Shown here piece by piece: positions 53,902-64,000 of a DNA stretch of 64,000 nucleotides. Position numbers and translations under genes: made by a program. Below the pieces are notes generated by a model. It had not been told where the DNA came from and ran no database searches. It saw only the letters and a program-made list of their open reading frames with translations. Source of the stretch: Octopus sinensis (Eukaryota); the NCBI RefSeq assembly GCF_006345805.1, contig NC_043004.1, forward strand, positions 49,724,001 to 49,788,000, read 5' to 3'. Positions within the stretch are counted from its first letter, which is position 1, and each line of letters begins with the position of its first letter.

Positions 53902-54637
53902 AAAGGTAAGTGGAAAGTAACTATGCATTAGAAATTATAAAAATTTTAGTATCACTGAAGTCATGACGAAAACATTTTGTGTGGAATTTCATTGTTTTGG
54001 TTCAGAGATGGTGGCGTGCATGGAAAGGTAAGCATGCAACACTACGTCCGGAGACAATAAAAAGTGTCATGCAAAGCTGATGACCAGCTGGCTCTGTGAA
54101 CGATGCAAGAAGAAGGGGCCGCTCAACCCCCATCCCGATAAATGTTTAATCGCAGCCCGCGAAAATCAACACCGTGGAGCAGCTCGTGAAAGTAGAATAA
54201 CAAGACATACAATACGTGCGATATTGCATAAGGAATTGAATTTTCGTCCGTGGAAACCCCATTACGTGTAAGAGCTAAAATCTGAAAACTGACCGCAGAA
54301 GTCGAGAAGTCCAGATCTCACTCTATGTGATTTTTACCTGTGGGGTTACACAAAATAGGTGTACAAGACAAAACTTTGCACACTGTAGGACCTGGAGACA
54401 CGGATTCAGGAGGTTCTCAAAGATATCCAAGACGGCGTCCTCCAGGAGGTTGTTCATTCTATCCCTGACCGTTGGAGGAAACTGGTTGGTGCCACTGGTG
54501 GTTACGTTGGAATATGAAGATTTACTTTCATTTTCCCACGTAATTAAGAGCATGTCTCATTTGTTTCAATGCATTTGTAAACGGAATATGGAGTTTAGTG
54601 TCAATTTTTAATGCCTACTTACTTTTCACTCATCTTG
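53902..54637 (+). mobile_element. Internally deleted IS630-Tc1-mariner element (Tc3/DUF4817-like)
   Basis: Imperfect 29-bp TIRs flanked by TA. FNRSPRKS..AARESRITRHTIRAILHKELNFRPWKPHYV is joined to the C-terminal VYKTK..DLETRIQEVLKDI..VVHSIPDRWRKLVGATGGYV; the catalytic core is absent. Confidence 0.8.
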
Positions 54638-54759
54638 TATATATATATATATAGACGGGAGACGGTGAGAGTTGAAAGAACTATGGCTACTAATTTTAGC
54701 AGGTCGAGCGATCGTCTGTTGATCATTTGTATTTGTGCGTGTGTGTGTGCGTGTGTGAG

Positions 54760-54899
54760 TGAGAGAGAGAGAGAGGGAGGGAGAGAGAGAGAGAGAGAGA
54801 ATGCTACTTTTGTGCCTTGCGTGAATATTTATACCTATATATCGGTGTGCCAGAGAGTGTATGTCTTTAGTAGTGATTGTTTTTGTAGTTTCATGTGCT

Positions 54900-54968
<69 letters not shown>

Positions 54969-55855
54969 ATTTGATTTTGTAGTTCTATGTCGTGCGTTCT
55001 TCCTTCTGTGTATATACACATACAGAGATACATACATACATACATACATACATACATAAATATATACGTATATATAAATATATACGTATTCATCTACATC
55101 TCTATCTATGCATCTATCTATTTATCTATCACTTTCAGTCTATATGTGCGTGTATTTATGTATGTATGTATGTATGTATGTATGTTGTATGTATGTATGT
55201 ATGTATGTGTGTGTGTGTGTGTATGTATGTATGAATGTATGTAATGTATGTATGTATGTATGCATGTATGTATTTATGTATGTATGCATGTATGTATGTA
55301 TGTATGTATGTAATGTATGTATGTATGTATGTATGTATGTATGTGTGTGCAGTCTGTCTGTCTGTCTGTCTGTAAGTATGTATGTGTATGTGTGCATGTG
55401 TGTACCTTAATTCTGTGTTATTCCTGTGTTTAAATGTGTGTATTATGTATTGTGTATGGCTTATGTTGCATATGATGTGTTAGCTATCTGTTCTATACAT
55501 ATTGTGTGTATTTGTGTGTTATGTATTGTACATCTTGTGTGTTCAAAAGAAAGAATATTTAGAAATAAATTGAAGAGAAAAGAAAGAAAACCGGAAAAGT
55601 GAAGGGGAAAAATACGAAGGGGTATGAGGAAGACGGAAGGTGGGATACTGATGTGGGTACGGATAGGGGAGAGGGTGCGGGGCTGGGGGGAGTAAAGAGG
55701 GGAAGATTAGGGAGATAACGTTGTGAGATGAAAGGTATAACGACAGAGTACGACAGAGTACAGCAGAGGAGATAATGTGTGAGTATAAACAGACAGACAG
55801 ACATACAGACAGACAGACAGACAGACAGACTGACAGACAGACAGACAGACAAACT

Positions 55856-55953
<98 letters not shown>

Positions 55954-55970
55954 GAGACAGATATATAGAG

Positions 55971-56001
<31 letters not shown>

Positions 56002-56280
56002 GAGACAGATATATAGAGAGATAGATAGATAGACAGACAGACAGATAGACAGACAGACAAAGAAAAGAAGACGAAAAGGAGCAGAGATAAACGATTATGA
56101 AACGGAAGAAATGAGAGAGAGAGAGAGACGAAGGAAGGGAGATAGAGAGGAAGGAAGAGGAAGAGAGAGAGAGAGAGGGAGAGAGAGAAAGAGAAGTATA
56201 CAGTGGGAAGGAAGAAATAGAGGGTGAGAAAAAGTGAGAGAGAGCGAGAGAGAGAGAAAAAGAAAGAGGAGAGAGTAAAT
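54760..56280. repeat. Microsatellite cluster (GA, TCTA, TG, TATG, CAGA/TAGA)
   Basis: Directly visible. Confidence 0.95.
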
Positions 56281-56715
56281 ACGAACATCAGAAGCAATAG
56301 AGGCAGCCCGCATTCCTCGGAGACGTGTGGTCGATCAGCTGACAGTTGTAGATAGCGTTGTTTGCGACACACCGACACAGTGAGAAAGTATATCTTTACC
56401 AGCATAATCTCTCTCTCTACCTACCCGGGGTGGAGAACCCGCACCTATAGCACTCCCATCCGAGGCGGTCTTTTCAAAACAGAAACGCACACATATATTA
56501 AACCATGTGGGTGTGTATATGTGTTTATAAAGAAGTGTATATGCTTATAAGCGTGTGTATATTTGTGCACTCTGGTGTGTGCGCATGTGTGTGTGAATGT
56601 GTGTGTATATGTATATATATACGTGTTTTATTTGCATTTTATATGTATGTTTATGAATAAACACATATGTAAGTTAGTAGTTTTCTTTTTCTATTATATT
56701 TTTGTACACGTGCTC

Positions 56716-56750
<35 letters not shown>

Positions 56751-57538
56751 AGAAGAAGAACAACAACAATGATAATGGTGATGATGATTAAAATTTGAAA
56801 AAATAGCCCCTATCAACAATAACAAGAGCAACAGAAAATAGAACAAAAGTTGCTAACAATAGTAGTAACGGTAATTGTAGATGACGAGGACAACAACAAC
56901 AACAACAGCAACAACAACAACGGTATCAATAGCAGAAAAGCAACGGCAGCAAGATGAGAAAGAGGAAAGTGAACGATAGTAACAACAACAACAACATTTT
57001 CAAGAAGTAGTAGTAGTAGTAGAACATCAAATGAAGACTAAATTAAAAGTTTAAAGAATACAAAACTGCTTCGATGATGGTCACTGGTGCCATGACACTT
57101 GCCCGGATGTCGAAAAACGTGCAATAGAGTGGGGTATGCTGAAGACGAGGTTGTTGAAAAGAAAACACGGATAACACAATTGTATAGTGTTGTTGTTGCT
57201 GTTATTGTTGTAGTAGTTGTTGTTGTTGTTGGAAAGACAGATTAATCACAAACCCAGAGAAACACTGTGGCTAGTATGCAATAAGGGTTTCAGCGATTTA
57301 ACATTCGTCATTGCCGATTGCTTCTGTGCGCCTGCGCGGTCCATCATTTTGCGGTTGTGTCTGTGATTATTTTACTTTAAATCCCTTAATCTACAGCAGA
57401 TTTCTCTGTCTCGGACCATCAAATCTATATAGATATAGATATATTCATATATTCTTTCACAATCATACATACATACATACATAAATACATACATACATAC
57501 ATATATATATTCATACATACGCACATACACGCACACAT

Positions 57539-57602
<64 letters not shown>

Positions 57603-57715
57603 ACATACACACATAAGTTTACAGTAGCGTGAAACTGACGTCCCGAGATATATATATTCAGTTTAAATAAACCGTATATTCTACAACATGCACTGAGTAC
57701 TCCGGTATTTGTTTG

Positions 57716-57752
<37 letters not shown>

Positions 57753-57769
57753 TATATATATATATACAT

Positions 57770-58043
57770 ACTCCAGCCGCCACTGAAAATTGGAAGATTG
57801 TTAATTTAAGGCGAGTGACGGAAAAGAGTCCCAAATGACAAATACAACTTCAAGAGTTTCTCTTGTAAACGGAATTGCTGTTTATAACTGTCTCAATTTT
57901 AGTGTTTGCCGTCAGAAGACAAAGGTCTTCTTAACTAAGCGGAAGATTAGTCAGGATAATATTATTACAAAGAGGAACTTAAAGAACACTGGAAACATAT
58001 TCAGAGGATTTGGGATTAACATTTGAAAACTAAATTGGTGAGT
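57770..58043 (+). other. Candidate non-coding (5' UTR) exon ending at a consensus splice donor
   Basis: Non-repetitive sequence ending AAATTG|GTGAGT (exon end 58037), followed by AT-rich intron-like DNA. It contains only a short ORF that stops before the donor. Confidence 0.3.
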
Positions 58044-59834
58044 TTCTTATATTCTAAATCCTTTTGTTAATCTACTTCTGCCGAAGTACACACCTGCTAT
58101 GTCAATTAATTTTCAAAATAATGAATAATTTAGTAAAATAATTTTGCCATTATTAAGCTGATGTTAGTAACATAAATTATGAAGTTTTGACCGAAGGTTT
58201 TATTTAGATGACTTAAAAATAAAGTGTGTACCATAGAATCAAGGGCAATCTCAAACGGGCTGGTAAAAAGGACTAAAATAATTGGATCATATTATTAAAG
58301 CAATTACACAATTTATAAATATAAGTATATAATATTTTGTACATGTAAAATCCATATATATAGTTATTGCATATAGCATAATTCATCGTTTCAATAATGT
58401 ACGATTGCATGTATTATAAAAATAATTGTGTAATTTATAAATATAATGATAATTATTGTATGATATTTAATATTATAGAAAACACAATTGTAATATAGTA
58501 TAAATGAGGATTTTATCATCTTAATATGCGATATAATTGTTTCATTTTCTATAATTAACTGCATAATTTTAAAATACTATATCACGTGGAATCCGATTGC
58601 ATCAATTATATTTAGGTACATCATAAAACTTTGACTTTTAAGTTTTTCCCTAGTATTATTCCACCATATAGATATACAGTTGTAAAATATAAAACATGCG
58701 TCTGTTTGTATTATAAATTTGTATGAAACTCGGATCTATCACACACACACACACACATACACACACACACACAGAAATACCAACTATAAAATTACTATAT
58801 TTTCATAGTTTTATATTGATTATCTGCGTCTTATTCATTTTCATACAAGCGTGATATCATATTCTTAAGTGAAGCAAGTTATTTTAAATAAATTAATTAG
58901 GTGCTAACAGTCACTTCCTACGGTCTGTTGCTGTCTGGTGAGTTTATGATACAATTTAGATACTCTTTCGAAACTATGTTTCTTTTACTTACGCCAGCAA
59001 TGTACGTGAGGAAGACACGAGTATCACTGCAATTGATTGATTTACTTTTCTTAAAAAACCAGGTCTTCTGCTTTGTCAATTTTGTGAAAAATAATATTCA
59101 AGGAAGAAATCATTTCTGAGCTAAACAAATCCTCAAAAAGGCGGTTTTAATTTCTAGCTGGAGCTATTTCATTTCATTTATGCGGTAAATGTTATTAGAG
59201 AAACACATGAACATTTCAGCACCTTACATCAGAAACATTTCAGTATTTGTGAGATTTTAGATGAAAGACTTCTTTATGCCATAAACCATGTTATTATAAG
59301 AATTCGTAAAACATTGAAATATTTGGAGAAATCACCCTCCACACTTGAGAGACAGAAAGCTAATTGGTAGACTAAGGTAACTTAATAACAAGCAAATTCT
59401 CAACAAAAATAATCAAATAAAAAGATTAAGTTAAAACAGTACAAAATGTAACTTTTAGCTTCTCCAGAGCATTTTCATAAGTTTGTTTTAAACGTCCGTG
59501 TTTGTTTTATCCATTGTTTCATACGTTGTGAGTAATAAGTCCCAAGTTACTCTGGTGTTTGAAAAAAAAATTGTGAATGTGTATCATATACGATGCATGA
59601 ACACTTGGGAAATATTTCCTGTGTATTACATGTGATGCACAGCACAGGCAAAGGGTTAAACAAATGAGGTACATCAATGTCTCTGTGAAGAAATGGGTTC
59701 TGTTACGTTTGAACCTGGATACCTCATGGGTAAAGAATGACAAAAAGCACATCTTTAAATAGAGGATTTACAAAATATTAAAATAACTGATTAAGCAATA
59801 CTTAAATGGATAACTTAATGACATCTTGTGTGAA

Positions 59835-60220
59835 AGCGCGTTGAGTAGTGATTAAGTGTGTTGCACGCATACGATCACAAGATTGCGGTTTCGATTCTGG
59901 AATCGGGTGATGCGCTTTGTTCAGGAGCAAAACACTTCATTTCACATTATTTACAATGGACGGATAGGTGTCCTCACCTTGGTTGTTGTTACCACAATGT
60001 TTCGGCTGATGTACTCTCCAGCTTTCATCAAGTGTTCTGGAGAGTACATCAGCCGAAACGTTGTGGTAACAACAAAGTGAGGACACCTATCCGGCCATTG
60101 TAAATAATGTACATAATTCCTCATCTCAAAAATATAGAATAGTACTTCATTTCACGTTGTTACAGTCCGCTCGGCTGTAACTGAGTAACCTTGCCACGAA
60201 TCCCGTCCAGGGGGTATATA
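59835..60220 (+). mobile_element. Family C SINE split by the hairpin insertion
   Basis: Head gcgcgttgagtagtgattaag..tttcgattc; the body aacacttcatttcac|gttgttacagtcc..gctgtaactgagtaacc resumes at 60144. Confidence 0.75.
59946..60143. mobile_element. Head-less, hairpin-form copy of the hammerhead/Penelope tail with 12-bp TSD
   Basis: Inverted arms 59944-60021 and 60037-60110 with a 15-nt loop; ACTTCATTTCAC at 59934-59945 and 60144-60155; same terminal cataattcctcatctc as the 50.9 kb copy. Confidence 0.85.
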
Positions 60221-60429
60221 TCGGTGATTTAGACTCCGCAAAAACCCTGGGAATTGGGACAGTTCTATAACCCCTATTCCCGCGTTTATGCTCTCTCATT
60301 GTACATAAAAAATATTTCGCTTTCAGAGTTATGTAACACGTACTGAGTCTCAAATGCCAACTTCGTCTTTTATTCACTTGTGGTCGAAAAAATAAAATTT
60401 GAAGCGATGTATTAGAATATCTCCGATCC

Positions 60430-61900
60430 CAAATTTCAGACCTTGCACCTGAGTTAGCAGAATCGTTGGAATACCGGAAAAAATGTTTTGTTTCGGTTCT
60501 TTAGATTTTGAGTTCACTCTCACTGAAGTCAGCTCTACCTTTCATTGCTTAGGAGTCGATAAAATAAAGTATTAGTCAAGTAATCTTCACCTCTTAAAAT
60601 TGTTGGCCTTGTGTCTAAATCAGAAGCCTTTATTATTATTATTATCATTACTATTGCTTGAGGTGGCAAGCTGGCAGAATTGCTAGCATGCCGGACAAAA
60701 TGCTTAACGGCATTTTGTTTGTCTTTGCGCTCAGAATTCAAATTTCGTCGAGTTCGACGTTGTCTTTCATCCTTTCGGGGTTGGTGGAATAAATACCAGT
60801 CAACTACTGGCGTCGACTAGTCCTCTCACTCAAAATTTCAGATTTTTTGCCAATAGTAGAAAGAATTATTATTATTATTATTATTATTATCATTATTATT
60901 ATTAAGGCGGCGAACTGGCAGAATCATTAACACGCCAAGCACAATGCTTGGCAGCATTTCGTCTGTCCTAACGTTCTACCGAGGTCGACTTTACTTTTCA
61001 TCCTTTCGGAGTCGATAAATTAAATACCAGTGAAACACTGGGTTCGATGTAATCGACTTATCCCCTCCCTCAAAATTGCTGCCCTTGTGGCAAAATTTGA
61101 AACTATTATCAATATTATTGTTGTTGCTTCATGCTTACTTGTGCTCTGGTATATGGTTTACATTTTCGTCGATTACAAAAAAATGTTAGATGATCATTTA
61201 AATGTCACATCGCGCGGAATTATAACAAAGAAGTCCAGAAGTTTCTCTTCTGTTTAGTCATATTTATCAAATAAATAATTAAAATAAAGTAAATTAAAAT
61301 TAAAGATGTTAAACACTTCGCAAGCCGATATGCAACAAAAAAATCCAGGTGAGACACTTCTCTAAATCAAACAATAGCTTTAGCTTTTGAGCAAAACTAA
61401 CACAGAACCTAAAGATGAACAAAAATTTTGTTTAAGATAGAAAAAAAAGGGGTAAAAAAATGTATTTTTGATTCTTTTGTTTTTTGGTACGAGTGATATA
61501 ATCCGGCGAGCTGACAAAATCGTTAAGCACGCCTGGTAAAATGTTTAGCGGGACTTCGTCCGTCTGAACGTTCTGAGTTAAAATTTCGGACAACCCCCAC
61601 TCCGGACAAAACCCCGGAGACTTCTTTTTCTGTGACATTCTTTTTTACCTGGATTCGTTATGTTTGATCCAGTATTTATTTTTTTAAACAAATTTATGGC
61701 TTTTGTATAAATGTTAAAAAAAATATCTCAGCTTTAGACGCGTAAAGTTCTGATTTCAAATTCCGCTGAGGTCGACTTAACCTTTCATCCTTTCGGGGTC
61801 GATTAAATGTCATAAAGTACCAGTTGAGCACTGGGGTTGATGTAATCGACTTACCCCACGCCCCGAAATCGCTGGCTTTGTGCCAAAATTTCAAACCAAT
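60430..61900. mobile_element. Cluster of family A SINE copies
   Basis: Heads and bodies at about 60450, 60660, 60905, 61505 and 61735, separated by (ATT)n. Confidence 0.8.
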
Positions 61901-62351
61901 AATAATGACTCGTTCAGCAACGATAACAATAGTAACAACAATAAACAACTTTATTCATATACACACACAGGTCGGAAAGACTCATGTAAAACGTATTCTC
62001 ACAAATTCTGTAAGAGGAGCAAAGTTTAAAGAGATATATCAAGAAGAAACCCGGCTGAAAGTACATTTAAAAGTGAATAAGGAGAAAGATGACGTAACGC
62101 AAAGAAAAGATTGTGTTCTAAGTCTTTAAAAGACAGGTTAAAAGAAAACCACTCACTGATGTAAGGGACAGCATTGTGATTATTGAGCGAGGAAAATCTT
62201 ACTGTAGCGTCTGACTGCTTTTCGAGACTAAAGACGAAGCTAAATGGTAGGCTGAAATAGTAAAATTCATCCTCGCTCTTGAATTATACCACAATAGATG
62301 GGTCAACGTAACACAAGAATGACTGCTAGTGACATTGCTAGTGACTAGTAG

Positions 62352-62585
62352 ACCTCTGGTAAGTGAAAGGGCGAAGGAGAGGGGCTTTCTCCGTCCGGGT
62401 TGCGGATCCGTGGAATAAGCTGCCGGACGAGATAGTGAAAATGCCGACGACCGCTCGGTTCAAAGTCTCTCTTGACCGGAAATGGCCTGAGCTCTTTGTA
62501 TGACCCTCCTTCCTGTACATAACTCCCTGTCCCCCTACATGGCCTTGGTTTTGCTTTTTGAGTCAATAAAAAAAATAAAATAAAA
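62352..62585 (+). mobile_element. CR1-clade LINE 3' end
   Basis: FSVRVADPWNKLPDEIVKMPTTARFKVSLDRKWPELFV* matches the CR1 C-terminal FFS.RV..WN.LP..VV...FK..LD motif; a short UTR and A-rich tail follow. Confidence 0.8.
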
Positions 62586-63629
62586 TTATATACATGTGCT
62601 CAGAGATGGATTGATCAGCGTGGACTTTCAAATCTTTATGACCTGTCGTGAGTGAAAAAAACCCCAAAATACGGCCAATGGGATTAGATGTACAAAACAG
62701 GTGAAGCTGTTATACTTGTGCCACGTGAGGTTTCTCAGCCAGAGGAAGCTGCAATACCAAAGAAAAAGTGAGTAAAATCAGCATCAACGATAAAAGCAGG
62801 CACCGAGTGCTGCTGACCCACTGCTCCACTAGTTGCACCACCTGTTACAGCATCCGAGGATGGCTGGAACGATTGTCACGTGCTCAGTCTTAAAAATCGA
62901 TGAACACGAGGCAGTCAACCAGAGACTAAAGTCCTCTTCCCAACACATATATATGTGACGAGTAGGCGGAGATGAAATAAAACCAGAACGATACACTTCC
63001 AGTAAGAACAACTTGTAAATAAATAAATAAATAAATAAAATAAATTAAATTAAATTTAGAAGAAAGTAACTAAAAATTTCAAGTCGCAGCCAAACGAAAC
63101 TGTTATGGTTATCATAGTATCGCATAGAAAATTGAGAGATTAAATGAATTACAAGACATTCTGTGTGTAAATACGCAAAAAGAAAAAAAAAATCGAATCA
63201 CTCTATGTAGAGCGTGTCAAAGATAAGCTGCTTATGAATATAATTTTCCATGTTCATAAAATACTATATTCGAACTTTGAGGGGAGGGAGCTAGCTTGAT
63301 ACCATCAACTCTAGTATTGAACAGGTCTTTTATTTTATCAACCTGGGAAAGATGAAAGGATTTGAACTCAGAATGTAAAATATAGCAGAGGCCAACTTTG
63401 CATTTCATCCCTCAGGTGTCGATAAAATAAGTCACCAGTCAAGTAATTGAGTCGATATTAGCAACTAGCCCCACCCTTCCAAATTACTGGTCTTGTTCCT
63501 AAATTAGAAGCCATTTGTATTTTTGCTGGTGTTTACAACGAGTAAGATGTATTATTTGTACTGTCGTTATTGGTTAGTCTTTTCATTTCACTTTTTTCCA
63601 CGAATTTTCATGGTCAAAGTAATATATTT

Positions 63630-63830
63630 GGATCTTTACCTTTTGACCGGCAGATTTAGAAAAAAAAGCTAAAAGCAGTAGAAATGCACGAACGCTTATG
63701 GTGGTGCCATGAAGTAAACATGCTTCAGATACACTCGTTTATTCATACAAACATAACTGAGATGAAATATGTCATAAATAACAGTGACAAACGAAATATA
63801 CATCACCGATAGTTGTTGTTGACAAACAAT
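63630..63830. mobile_element. Partial copy of the GGATCT-terminus TIR family
   Basis: Starts ggatctttaccttttgaccggcagattt; 63770-63830 is the reverse complement of about 22912-22970. Confidence 0.65.
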
Positions 63831-64000
63831 CTGCTCTTTTCCCTGTTTCAAAGTGAGCACCGCACACTTTGAGATCCTGAATTGCATTCCTATATCCTTG
63901 CTGCATATCTGTACAGACTTGACCAGTCTCTCCAATCTAGCCTCTCTTTCTGAAAACAGTTTTAAATCATTCATGAAGAGAAGGTAGTTGAAACGAGGTC
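63830..64000 (-). pseudogene. R4/Dong-type RT fragment running off the window edge
   Basis: YLLFMNDLKLFSEREARLERLVKSVQICSKDIGMQFRISKCAVL resembles the HLLFMDDLKL..DIGMEFG..KCA motif. Confidence 0.8.

Noticed and set aside
56298-56350. HDV-like ribozyme suggested by TTCCTCG
   Set aside because: I could not build the P1/P2/P3/P1.1 nested pseudoknot around it.

Overview
A 64 kb AT-rich, microsatellite-dense stretch of animal nuclear DNA. The SINE families, Tx1/R4/Penelope fossils and very long (TA)n/(CA)n/(TAGA)n tracts suggest an octopod cephalopod; this is inferred from repeat style, not from a search. I find no intact protein-coding gene, rRNA, bona fide tRNA or CRISPR array. Most long ORFs in the track are microsatellite translations. 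The recognisable content is layered transposon fossils: Tc1/mariner and other ITm remnants, a hAT transposase remnant, several Tx1/L1-clade LINE copies (one nearly reconstructable at 28.7-33.7 kb), R4/Dong-type RLE LINE fragments, CR1, probable RTE and Penelope remnants, three tRNA-derived SINE families, and long-TIR non-autonomous DNA elements with 8-bp TSDs. The most interesting item is a small non-autonomous element at 50613-51005. It joins a Pol III tRNA-like head to a Penelope-type tail carrying a minimal hammerhead-ribozyme fold, and it has an inverted copy of that tail at its 5' end. A second, head-less copy forms a near-perfect hairpin inside a SINE at 59934-60155, and both copies invert at the same point. 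Possible host signals are weak: a candidate untranslated exon ending in G|GTGAGT at 58037 and a few palindromic, motif-rich non-repeat islands. All similarity calls were made by eye, and coordinates of degraded elements are approximate.
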